This document shows, in pieces, positions 36,951-49,578 of a DNA stretch of 64,000 nucleotides. Source of the DNA: Tubiluchus corallicola (taxonomy: Eukaryota; Animalia; Priapulida); contig JAQGDQ010000313.1 in the NCBI GenBank assembly GCA_030141605.1, forward strand, positions 1 to 64,000, written 5' to 3'. The notes beneath the pieces are model-generated. The model worked only from the letters and a program-made list of their open reading frames with translations, searched no databases and was not told the origin of the DNA. Numbering within the stretch: position 1 is the stretch's first letter; every line of letters begins with the position of its first letter. The translations under genes and the position numbers were made by a program.

Positions 36951-38154
36951 CTAAAAAGAAACGCATATTGTTCAATAATTAGATTGCAAAGGCCATAATC
37001 AAGAACAGTTTAAAAATATCCCATTTTACATTTTATTTTTTTGCAGCATATGTAAACACTGCACTCTTTTGTTTGTTTGTAGTAAGTTCTCTGTTACGTA
37101 GGAAGCCACGTTGTAATTATATTGCACAATGGCTTCCTGAGACCTGCAACAAATGATGACGAACGGCGACAGCTTCACGGACAGTTGCGCGTAGTAAGTG
37201 TTATAAACGACCTTTTTACAACGCAAATCGCACATACCGGTAAATAGGGAGCAAAGGGATCTTAACATAATTTAACCGCATGCTAACTTGTGGCACCACA
37301 TCAATAGCGCTGTTCTTTTAATTCGGATTCTGCTCTTACCTTATTGCATTTATAATTCGCAATCTATTTCAATAGGCAAATATTCTGGAGTATTATAACA
37401 AGGAATGAAAAGTGCAGAAAATATTCGGAAGATGTATAAGAATATTCAAATAATCCGCCCATGAAACATTGAATTGGTGAATTACATTGTATGTACTGAA
37501 TCGGTTCAAGCAGCTCTAAGTGTGTGAGAACTGAACACGTGTGCAGCTTATCTCATGTAATTCCAGGGATTATCGAAACTGGGATAATAAGAGGTTTTTC
37601 TTGTAATGACACATTCTTACTTTCAAGCACGCATGTAGCTCTCTGCAGTCTACTTCTAGAAACTATACTATTACTTTCTTTGTACATGTAATAATGATAC
37701 ATATAATTATTTTAATATACATACGATGCGCGGAATTCAGACGAGAATTAATCAATGACCAATTTAGCGATAAGGATTACGTGAACTTAATGTACAATTA
37801 TCCAATTTCAATCACGTTGAACGACAGTAATGCAGGAATAGAATAAACACTGTTTTACAATCAAAAGAAATAGTAACATTAACAATAATCTTTAAGTTAT
37901 TACTGTTGCAAGCTTGAAATGTTGAATTTTTTTACCGTGAATTTGGTTTAGAGACTTATTTAATAAAATTATTTTTATACAGTTAGCGCAAACTGCAAAC
38001 TGGGATCGACATTGAATGATAGGACTACTTAAATAGATGTAATGCAGAAAATACGATTAACTTGGCAAACTTAACACCTAATCCTAAACTATTTGTTGCA
38101 GAGAAAAGGCAAAGTATCTAACAAAAAATGTATATGTGATTTGAAAAAATAATC

Positions 38155-38930
38155 GTAGTAATAGTAGTAGTAGATGTGGTGGTGGTGGTGGTGGTTTATT
38201 GACCATAAAATTAATATTTACAATCTTTGACAGGGATATCAGAATTAAAACATTTCATAGTCCAAAATTCATAATAACAAATTTTCATTCAGTGCCAGTG
38301 AAAAAAAGATATGATAATGACTGAGCTGAAACTAGAAGATGATTCAGCAATGTAGACACACAATTTAAATGAACTTGCAGAATTGTAACACTTCGTTATG
38401 CTACTTGCAAAAATGATTGTGCATTTTTATTCATAAGCTTTTAAAATATTAAAACAAATCTCAAATACCAAATTAGAATTCATAATTGATGTTAAAAATA
38501 TAAAGTCTACATTACTGAATGAGTCTGCTATTAAACGTCAGTCGACAAACGACATGCGGCACATCTCAGGTGTTGAATCCGTAATTAAGGCGATAAAAAA
38601 TTAACTTTATTCTACCCGTGAGTTTAAAAAATAATATGCTAAAGGTATTGCAAAAGATATTGCTTTATATACCGCCTAATATAGAAAAGATGGGTGAATT
38701 GTTGAATTACGATAACATTAAATTGTTGCTGATTTACCCAAGTTTGATAGACTTAGGAAACAGATTAACATTAATGGCTTGCTTGATGTGCAAAAAGTGT
38801 ATTTTGCACTGAAATTCATATTTTGCATCATTCTTAACAAAGAGGCGATATAATCCTGTCATACTACTTAATATTTTGTTTTTTAAATGTTTATTTTATC
38901 CAGTGTAATGCCTTTGGTGAACAGTCACTG
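38155..38930 (-). mobile_element. Decayed LINE remnant with AATAAA + (CCA)n/(CTA)n tail
   Basis: On the minus strand, AATAAA at about 38195-38200 is followed by a trinucleotide tail. A faint FTKGI-like linker motif lies near 38920. Confidence 0.4.
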
Positions 38931-41879
38931 ATAAGGACTGATAAGATAAGCTTAGATTTTAATATATAAGTGCTAACCAAAGACATAAACGCCATTAGAA
39001 GAACCGATTTAATTTAATTTTAAAAGAGAAAAAATGAACACAGACAGTAGTAAAGGATAGCAACTGTATAACGACAATTACTTAAACCGTTTCATTGCAC
39101 CAATGTAATTATTGTTGTCTTAGATTGAATACGTTCAGGGGTCAATAAAGTGATGCCAGAAAGCAAAGTTGAGATTCAAACTCATTATTAAAAGGGAATT
39201 AGAGAAGCTTCGTTCGAGCTTCTCCTTGCTGTTAGACAATGGGGAAATCGAGGAAATAGTAAAAACCGCAAAGCAATCACATACATTTGAAGCACAAGAA
39301 ACCCCTTCGCTTACATAAAGCTAAAAAAACTCAAAGAAATTTTACACCACTTACATACTGCCTTTTTGCATGCAGGGCTTGTGTTAGCAGTAACGCTGTA
39401 TAAAATTTGTCAATTTAAACTCCTGCGATGACACTTAGGCACAGCCATTTTGATAGTAGGGCGTTTGAGGTAGGTAACATTGAGCGAAGTTTGAAAAAAT
39501 AATCAGAGTATTAGTAGCACACGTGTTACTAACTAAGTAAAATTTTAAATTACTGTGCCTTGTCAACAAGATTAAAAATATTTTTTGGTTAGTGAGTGGC
39601 GCACCCTTGAGTGTGAGTCAACGACATTTTACCAATTGGCACGAACATTTTAAGTTATTATTTCTAGTCTTTCCAGCAATGCTAAGAAAGCGAAGTGCTA
39701 AGTAATATAGATTTACATGGAAAGTTTTTTGGAACATAATTTAATATTGCGTTTTCTTCCCCTGATTTCCGTTTGAGTAGGTGACGTCATGTTATGGTGC
39801 CGTCGGAACGGTATTGCGGAAGATTTAAAATGAAAACAAACAAAAATTCCTTTTACCTCGAGTACGATATGTGCATAAAATTACTGTAATGTAATATAAT
39901 TTCTGAAACCTACTTTGTGTATTCCTTTTCTTACCCTTTAAACACCTTCTTTCCTATTATGTCCTTGCATTCCGTCATTTTTTAAATGTTCATTTAACTG
40001 AGAAAATCCTTCTTTTAAACGCATTGCATTGCGAAGCACCTTGCAAAGTATAATACTGTGGCATCATTTTGCTTTTTCATAGGAATTAAGTCAACTTACG
40101 TTTAGAATGCACGTCTTTAACATTTTCAATCTGAAAACTCTTCAACTCCACGTAGATCCTATATCGTCTTTGTAATTAGGATACCTAGCGCTATCCCACT
40201 TAATGTAAAGCTAAGTCTAAAACATTGGCTTTTATTTACAGTGTTTTATCTCATTGTACTCTTTCACTCAATAAATATCGTTACTCGGCGAGGGCTTACA
40301 TGAGCGAATATGTAAGGAGAACATTATGAAAACACTGAAGTCACCACATTTCCTGTAACTGATGTAACTAATAACTCACTGCAAAGATCAACGAGCCGGC
40401 AGTCTCTATTTCAATCATGCTTTCCGTCGTAGAACATAATCAGTGGGTTATGTAAGTGTCGTAAAGTCAAATTAATGTTGGTCTGAGGCAATTTTATGCT
40501 TTACGGGTGTCGAAGTAATTTAGCCTTCTACTGATTTTACAACTGAATTAATTTCGCCAACGCCATTTTCTGAGTTACATTCACATATACTACAACAACG
40601 TCTTACGCGTGACTATAAACTTATTGCTGTATTTATTTTTATAAACAATAAACTCTGTCAAAGCAAGGGTTATGCGGGAATCTAAGAGTGTCACGACATC
40701 CTAAACAATTCTACATTATTTTCATAATTGCGGCATTTAGGAAGATGTATAGAGATGAGTTCTAAATAAGGCATTGATGAGGAATGTGCGTACTTTGCAA
40801 TACATATATTATGTGTAAGATCACTCAAAAAAGAAAACTGAACTGCGGTGATAATTGAAGACGTTTTGGCGTGTTGGGGGTGTGCGAGTCTTTGGTAAGA
40901 ATATAAAAAAATCTGAGAGCCTACGACGAGCTAGGTCAAACTGTATGAATTTACTCTGTCAGAATGTACTGGCGGTCAGATAGCAAATAAAGAACTGCAG
41001 GAATAAACTCCGCCATTTTGACGCTCGTCACATGGTACTTTTCACTTCTTTATATGTGCTGAAGCCAGTGCAAACAGTTTTATATGGTATATGAAGATGG
41101 TATGCCCCTACAAAGATCAAAGGACCAGAAGCACTATGCTTTCTGATAGAGCACGTAATCAGCTCTTCACTTCATCTTAAAGATGAAGTAATGTTGTTGT
41201 GGTGACCACAGAAACAATTTAGATTTTTTACTGTACAATAGAATTAATCTCGTCGCTGTTTTGTTTTTAAACCATTTGAAGTTTTCTAAATGTGTTGAAA
41301 AAAGTTTTAAGTTCGGTCGGGCGAATGGTAAAGTAAGCAGTAAAATGAATAAGAACTACATGGTAGGAGATATCAGTAGTTACTGGCAATCACCTTCAGC
41401 CCCCTTCTTGCTGAATTTAATCGTAGCTTTGGCTTCGGCTCACGTTTTCTAGTTTGCAAAATTTCGATAATAAAAGTTTTACATTTTATTGTTTTATGGT
41501 TTATAATATTAGTCTGACCACCTTAGCCAACATTCGACCGCATCTTGTCCTACTCTCACGAGCTGAATCACTTACACATTACAGTGAGAAAAGCTTAAGT
41601 AAATATTGAAGCCTGCTGCAGAAAGATAAGAGACAATCCTTTTGAGTCAGTGGATGTTATCATCTTTTGAGTCTTCTTTCATACTATAGTGTGAAAGCTT
41701 GCGCGACTAAACAATATAATTGCGTGTTATGGCGTCACGGATAGTCAAATACACAACCTATATAGGCCTAGTTCTAATTCAATATAACAGACACTCTGAT
41801 GTAGTCGACCAAACAACATGTAAGAAGAAAGCCCACTAGAATGAAAGCGCAAAAGAAAATTAACATTCCTAAAACTGTA

Positions 41880-42020
41880 TATGGAACACCAAAGTGGAAT
41901 GTAATGCTTGTTTTTAAATATTAATAAATGATTTATGAATATTCAAAATTGATTTATTAATATTCAAAAATGATTTATTAATATTAAAAATAAGCATTAG
42001 ATTCCACTTTGGCGTTCTAC
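41880..42020. mobile_element. Small palindromic MITE with internal 21-22 bp tandem units
   Basis: tggaacaccaaagtggaatgtaatgctt pairs with aagcattagattccactttggcgttcta. Three internal tgatttat(t/g)aatatt units. Confidence 0.85.
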
Positions 42021-42699
42021 AGCTGTAATTACTTGCTAATAAAATGAAGAGAAATTGTTAATATCGTTCCATCATATTTTTGTCAATTCTCGCGCTTTGC
42101 GGACAGCACTTTAACAAATTACGTCGTTGTCCTTTGTAAACCTTCATGTTGTTTTAGCTGTGCTGAAGAAATATCAATATTGAGCGTTGTAATATTACTG
42201 ATGATCAAATTCCACCAAAATGCTGCACATAGATAGAAAAAGCACGTGCAAACTTAAACAAATGACTTATACAATACCCATAAGAAAGGAAAACACCTAT
42301 CATTGACTGATGCCGTGCATAATTTTGTAAACCAATTTTCACCTATGTTTTTGGGTATATGGACGCCACAGAATTTTCAGCACACTATCTCACGCATGTA
42401 GAAAGCCGTCTCAACAATCTCTTAGTGCACATGCGAGGTACTATGACTTTATGCCTAATAAAAAAATCTTGCACATAGTAACCGGAACATAACAAATGTC
42501 TAATATATCGAATGTCTAATATTATATAATATACTAGCAAAGTCAAGCAAAATCCAAATCAAATGGGGCCTATTTTAAATTATAATCATCACACATCATC
42601 ACACAATCACCGTCTTCGACATCATTATTATCATCATACTAATCATCATCGTCGTTATCAACATTATAACTACAATAGCGACAATATTTCAGCTTCAGT

Positions 42700-42725
42700 A
42701 CATCATCATCATCGTCATCATCACT

Positions 42726-42811
<86 letters not shown>
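42700..42811. repeat. (CAT)n microsatellite
   Basis: Directly visible; it explains the poly-His and poly-Asp pseudo-ORFs. Confidence 0.98.
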
Positions 42812-43849
42812 TGCCATTAGTGCCATTAAAATCTGAGAACATGCTGATATCGTTTAAGCCCTAGTCGCGGAAATCGAATATAAATACTCCTATATACAGG
42901 CAGAATTAATGTAATGCTAAGAATCTTCATTACTTGACTACGTAAATCATCAAAAATTTTGACGAAATAATAACGCCGCGTGTGAGAAATAAGGTTGGTT
43001 TTAGTGATCCTGCAGAAACAACCATAGTAGATGTGTATAATCTCAGAAACAAATACCCCTCCATCTCCCTTAAATTGTAAAACATTTCTCTGAGTCCTGC
43101 TGGTATATAGTCTCTTACATACTTTCTTACAAGTTGAACTAGGACTGTAATTTTGTATTATACAGATGATTCACGTTAATGATTCCATTCACCTGGTCTG
43201 CCCTGTCAATAAAACTGCCATTATCAAACGTAGCTCTTAGTCAATTTCTTACCTGGCTGCCTATTGAAATACCGCACAGGTAAATCGTGCACCTTCAATA
43301 TGTCGTATAAATCATGCATGAGAGCTAATTAGATGCATTTGCTGAATCAGTTTTATTGATTGATTATTATGGCGCGATGTATAAAATTCAGGTGGGTTGA
43401 CTCATTACTTTAGTCACTAGTAAATGCTATAGACGTGGTATAACTCATGGAGAGTTATGAGTTACATTTATTTGGTATTTTGTGCTCATAAACCTGATAC
43501 GGTATTATATTCACTTAAATATACGAGATTCAAGTTATACTCAAACGAGCAGCTTTACCAGCTGCTTTAGTTCTCGGCTCGAGTAAGACTACGCTCAGAA
43601 TCTGGAACTCAAAATCAAAAATTTTATGCTCGCACGTGTATGTTTATTGTTAAAATATGAAGATTAATTTTTAAATTGAGGCTTCGTGCTTGATATTATA
43701 CATGTATAGTGATATTCAAAGATTTGGTTAGTTTCTCGTAACCAGAATATAACGCTAAAATCAACACGCCTTACACAACGCGAGAAGATACTCTGACCTC
43801 AAATGAAGTTGATGTTTGAAATAAACAAGTTGGAGAAACTTGATCCCGT

Positions 43850-44345
43850 AACTGTTTAACTTGGTGCTTGAATAAAATAACTCAACACACAAATTGGAAA
43901 CTAGATGCTCAAATTTAATGACACTAAGCTAGCGTATTATGGCTTGATGCGCATATTTAGTAACGCGATTAATGTCAAGCTTAACAACATGGTGCTCAAA
44001 TTGAGTAGCTGTTTACTAAAAAAAGTAACGTAACCTAATTCTCGAATTGAGTAATTTGCAGCTCGAACTGAGAAAATTAGTGTCGTAGTTGGAACTTCAA
44101 ACTCATATTACGTTTGATACTCAAACTGAGTAATTTGAAGCTCGAGCTTAGAAAATTAATGTTATTGAACTTCAAGTTCATGCATTTTTAGTAACTCGAA
44201 GCTCAAACTAACTAAGCTGATTCTTGATCTGATAAAACTGGTGCCATAATTAGAATTCAATGTTCATATTTTGTAAGTTGATACTCAAATTTGTTAATTT
44301 GATGTCTAAGTTGATTAACTAAAATAGGAAATTCGAAATTATACA
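43850..44345. repeat. Degenerate minisatellite (ctcaaa(c/t)tgagtaatttg-like units)
   Basis: Recurring tgctcaaatt/ctcgaa(c)tgag/gaacttcaa motifs. Blocks 44040-44105 and 44119-44180 are clear diverged copies. Confidence 0.6.
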
Positions 44346-44569
44346 TTTGGGAACTCCTGTACACAGGTACTAACTTCACAAACGACTCATATAATTTTTT
44401 GCTTTACATGTTATTTAACTACAGCAGTTGCATTTTATTTAAGTATTTGAGTTGCTTAAAAGCTTTAACTGGAATTGAGTGTCTAGCTCAGTTATTTTTG
44501 GAACGAACAGGTTAAGAAAGTTGATGAGAGATTAATATAGAGTATCAGAAGAACTTAAACAACACTTAC

Positions 44570-45407
44570 CGTAAACTGGTTCAGTATAAATGCAATCTCT
44601 GGTTTGCTCGTTGACAGCACCACGGCTGCTGACGCTTACATAAGAAAAACAATAGGAAAAATGTCTTTTAGAGAAAAGCCAGCACTTGAACAGCACGTGC
44701 GACTGTCCTAGTTTCACCCTCCTCTCTGTTACGTACTCCTCACGAATGGGCTTCGCTAGGGAGCTTACATTCTCGGAGGATCTAGAGTAGAGCCGTATCA
44801 TGTCCTGAGATCCGATACATGCTGGATAGTTGTACTGAACACTTATCACGTTATCACAGGGAAATATACTATTAGCGTCGACTTTTATTAAATATTCTTT
44901 ACTCCAAGTCACATGCATCGGGTTACTTTTAGATATAATGCTGCTATTATCGTTACGACTATTAGTTTTATAAAACACTACATACAACCCTGCCACTTCA
45001 AAAACATGGCACGGTAGTATCCATTGGTCACTGGTCAACGTCCAGAATTGACTAATGACTTCTCTGTAAACTACTCGCGATTTTGTATAGTTTGTCTCAG
45101 GCTTGTAATACACTAATTCCAACCAGTTTGTTTGAGTTGTGTCGTGTGGACTACAGGGAGCACTATAAGCGGTCAGGGTGAGAATGACGCTTTCAGTCTG
45201 TGCATTATGAGTAGATGGTAGTGTGAGGTCAATTCTAGGCCATTGCACTGTCATCACATTGCTTTCGGTCAGCATTGTATTTGAGTCGTCATACATTTCA
45301 AATAAATAGTCTCCTGCTCGATAGATGGCACCGCAGCTGAAGGAAAGCTGCGCCTTGGAGATGCCAAGAGGCAGTTCTACTCGTGCGAGGGAACGATTGC
45401 CACCAAC
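44570..45407 (-). CDS. gogo/THSD1: Gogo/THSD1-family receptor, coding exon 3 (Cys-containing GOGO/THSD1 N-terminal region)
   Basis: tttttag|GTT at 45408/45407 (phase 0, in frame with ORF 44532-45296) and G|gtaagt at 44570/44569 (phase 1). Repeated F.C..(I/V)..AG.Y..., V.W and SIFPC...C...D.IRLY...F.C.LF....YCF.YVS motifs resemble THSD1/Gogo ectodomains. Confidence 0.9.
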
Positions 45408-45837
45408 CTAAAAAGCATTAGAACAACTAAGGTCTTAAAGATCCAACCTGATTGCGTAAAGTTTTTTGTTACACATCAGCCAACTAAACATAATATACAC
45501 CACACACAGCTTTGTTTATAATGAACGTAACTTCAACTGCGACAAATATTTTATCATTTTTAAAAAGTAGCAAATTAATTTCAGTGGAAATATAATTTTC
45601 TCTTATGTTCGATTTTTTCATTTCTTGTGGAACGAGTTGCCTGATAACCAATTACTGATACCAATGCTTATAAAGTAGTTATATCTACCTATATAAATGA
45701 CTTAGGTGATTGTAATGTATGTAACACCTGTCGAACTTTGCAGGTTTGAGTAAATTAACAAGAACTGTATCGAAAAACATGTAACAATAGCTACATTAAA
45801 GATGTCTTCCAAGAAATAGTTAATTCACATATGTGTT

Positions 45838-45841
45838 ATAT

Positions 45842-45907
<66 letters not shown>
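45838..45907. repeat. (TAC)n microsatellite
   Basis: Directly visible. Confidence 0.98.
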
Positions 45908-45909
<2 letters not shown>

Positions 45910-46823
45910 TGATTTGAGTAATAGTTTTGATTTAAAAGTTTTCATATTTGTCTTTGTGTTTTTGAAGGTCAGTATAGTGTCCATCATTGTCCGAAGACTG
46001 ATTTACAGTTTTCAGTACTTCACACGAGAGCATTTGAAATTGAAATAATGATAAATTAAGTAAAAAAAGAAATGACCTATTGATTGGTCACCCTAGTCAC
46101 AGTGCAGCTAACGTTTGTTTGTCGAAAATAAATTTGTAATGCGGTTTCACAAAACTGAAATAATAGAAATATGCACACTTGACAGTAACAAAATAGATTA
46201 AGTTTTTTAATTCTACGAGCAGCGTACAATAGAAAACAGCAACGCTATCTGCACATCTTATTTGGTATTTGGTTGTTGAATAGACCGATAACATGCCATT
46301 TAAAAGGAAAGAACGTTTATCTTTGAGATTAGTCTGCGGATGAAGTATAAAGATTTTGCTCGGTTGCACAACCATACTATATAGTCAAATATTGTTAAAT
46401 AAATCATCTAAGAAATGGGGACTACAATTTAGATAGAAGTGCAGGACGATTCGTTAATTGTTAAACTTACCGCGTTATTTATGCAACATAATTGTGCAGG
46501 AGTTAAAAATGTATTTAAAAACGTAAATGCCAAAATCATCACCACAGGACTAAACACATTACTAAAAATAAGTCTTTGTTCACTTAGAAACACAGAAGCA
46601 TGTTATTTCGTAAATACAAAACGCGTGTTCTATACTTACTGTCATGTTCCCTAATAATTCACGAATAGTATTTTTATGTATTAGTCACTTTAAATAAGAC
46701 TGTTCGACTGTTACATTGTTTAAAAAGGGAACACATTTCATTCGGAAATAATATTTTGACTAAATGCCATTTAGGCCTACCGTTAATTACTTAAACTTGG
46801 AATCAGTGTATAATAAGTCAAAC

Positions 46824-46951
46824 CTGGATAAGTCGGACGAAACCTCCTGGATAAAAGGATGAGTCGAGTGGCAAACTGTACCGCACATCAATATCTCCAG
46901 AAAGAAGCTCATAATTTGAAGGTGCTGTGATGTTGTACGCCAACGCTATGA
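46824..46951 (-). CDS. gogo/THSD1: Gogo/THSD1-family receptor, coding exon 2
   Basis: ctccttttcttag|TC at 46952/46951 (phase 1) and CAG|gtttga at 46824/46823 (phase 0). Encodes (V)IALAYNITAPSNYELLSGDIDVRYSLP...GGFVRLIQ, an open frame. Confidence 0.8.
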
Positions 46952-47863
46952 CTAAGAAAAGGAGAAACTGCATGATTATCAACAGAACAAAGTGCTAATA
47001 AATGTAGGTCTATTATAGACTGCGATCATCTCCTTAAGGCGATTATAAGAATAACAGTAGAATCATAAAGATTGACAAGAATAGTATGGGTGGTTATGTG
47101 ATTCGAGAAGCCATTAAAAACAAGTAAAACATTGCATATATCTTACACCGAAAGCACTAAAAACATACATAAAACGATGCATTTCACTACAATTGACGGG
47201 AAAATGTCGAGAATGGTGTTCTTCATCGACACAAAGAAGACGATAAAGAAGAGCAAAGATATTCAAAATTTCCAGGTTGTGTGCCCAGAAACTCAATAAA
47301 TTGTTATAATGCGCCAAAAACACACTTTATGCACGTTTAAAATCGTTTTAAAATGTAGCAACAATATCAAAGCAGTATTCTTAAATGGTTGAAATACATA
47401 AGCTCATTCATAAAATACATCATAATATAAGTTTCACCTTGTGAGCCAGTAATAGTGTAAAGGTTAGAGCAAAAATATATAATTTTTCGTGATGCACAAG
47501 AATAATTTAAATTAATTACCTAATTATTTACTATTTATTCTTGAAAGGGCAGAAATATGTGCGTGTTTGAAAATAATGTTGCATTGCCGAATTTATAAGG
47601 TGATTTCATTTATTGTGCCACTTATTTTAGTTATGCTCGCAAGCAACAGTTAATTACAATTTAGGGAAAAATATGATTTACTGGATAACTAAATGATGTG
47701 CTCTTGTGCTTAATACACTTTCCTATACTAGAAGCACCTCGTAGTATTGAAATATGCATGAGATAATGCCATTCTACACAAGTTGTCATTGAGGATAAAC
47801 GGCTTAAGGAAAATCTACTCATTATTGGCATGAATGGCACCATATAATTCAAATCATATTTAC

Positions 47864-47927
47864 CACTAATTAATGACAGAATAGTGAGATGACAGCAGCT
47901 GCTGAAGTCGCGGAGCAACAAAGGCAT
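47864..47927 (-). CDS. gogo/THSD1: Gogo/THSD1-family receptor, probable coding exon 1 (signal peptide)
   Basis: ATG at 47927. MPLLLRDFSSCCHLTILSLIS + G|gtaaat (phase 1) joins to give ...LSLISVIALA/YN, a plausible signal peptide with an A-x-A cleavage site. Total CDS is 3111 nt = 1036 aa. Confidence 0.65.
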
Positions 47928-49497
47928 AAAGGCTTCGACAATTTAACGAAAAAACAGCTTGCTATATTGATTTCTGTTCACGGCCATTTTTGTCACGAAA
48001 GAACTATACACGAAGTATGTAGGTCCTATTATAAGAAATTAATGTTTAACTTTACTAGAAAAACACGCGTACTACTAATATTTTCCCAAGACTATTTGAT
48101 ATTTGATAATTCATTATTCCACTCACAAAGTACCTATTACAGATTAGTAACCTAGAAATAGGCAAAAAATTGAAATATAAATCTCGGAATTATTGTACTA
48201 TTAATACAGTAGTTAATATTAATATAAAATTTCAGAAAATTGGCAATGATTTTCCATTATAAGGATTTTATATCAATTGTTATGCACGATATATAGTTGG
48301 GCAAAAGTGTAAAGCATAGAAATAAAATAAAAATTGGTTTTAATCCTTTTAAACCAAAATTTAATCTGAAAATCCAGAATTTTTTTTAATTAGTTTAAGA
48401 AATAATGCGCCAAGAAAATTTAATACTGTGACAATACGTACAAAAATCTCCTAATCATATTGTTGTAGATGGGCAATTTGTATTTGGTACGTTCATGATG
48501 ACATGCATTCCATCAATAAAGTAACAGTATTAAAATGGCTTTCTTAATGAATTTTCCTCTCAAAGTATATACACATAGCAGACCTAATCAATGACTCAAT
48601 GTCATGTTCAGACTTCAGAGGCTGAATTCTTTTCTTCGAATTAATAGCTTTAGCAAGAAAAACACGTCAGGCTATTTGAAGAGAGAAGCCTGTATTTACG
48701 CAATACCTAGTCACGCCATTTTTATTCGATTGAATATTTTATATTAGAAATGGAGCTATTTATCCGTTGATATAACATTGCAAAAGTTGTGGCTTCACAG
48801 TGTAGAGAACATAATGTGTTGAATGACGTGTTACATGTTATTAAAAAACGTTAAGCGGAAGTCCATTTATCTACATTTTTTCAAATGTTATAGAAGCAAC
48901 CTTGAGGAAAAATAATAAGTTTTTGTAATTACATGAGCATTCAGGATAAAAATAAGCACGCTCTCCTCCTTGAACACGAATAAAACGTTTACAAATTTCT
49001 ACATAGTTTGTGAAACTTTCGTTTAAAGAAGCGTCCACTGAACAAAATGGGAAGATGTATGCCTAAAATTTTAAAATAGTTTTTTAATGTTTTGGAGACT
49101 TTTTGCTTTCACTGGTATTAACAATTAATGACTTTATATTGTAGGTATAAATTGATGTTCTTTAGTCTAAATTGATGTTCTGCCATTGTAGATGCTGTCG
49201 TTATCACTGTTACTATCCCATCTCGTTGTTGTTGCTATCCATCTCGTCGTCGTCATCGTCATGGTTGTATGTTCGTTCATTTGTTTATTTTGCTACTTCT
49301 GTACCTGATGTTTTTGCTATCGTTGCCATTGTTGTTGACGTGATAACGATGACGATGGTGATGATGATGATGATGATGATATTAATGTCGTACTTGTTAT
49401 AATATTAACCGTTTTTCGGTATTTCATGCAGTTCATATAGTCTGCTGCAAAGTGTAGGCAGTACGCGCACACATGTTGTTGTGATGCACTGGCCGAA

Positions 49498-49527
49498 GAC
49501 ACACACGCACGCGCGCACGCATTCACT

Positions 49528-49578
<51 letters not shown>
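49498..49578. repeat. (CA)n microsatellite
   Basis: Directly visible. Confidence 0.97.

Noticed and set aside
42563-42842. Poly-His and poly-Asp ORFs
   Set aside because: Translation of a (CAT)n microsatellite inside an intron.
45833-46048. Poly-Tyr ORF
   Set aside because: (TAC)n microsatellite.
47438-47500. Hydrophobic stretch (LYIFALTFTLLLAHK|gtg) as the signal-peptide exon
   Set aside because: No in-frame ATG, and its donor is phase 0 whereas exon 2 needs phase 1. Exon 47864-47927 fits instead.
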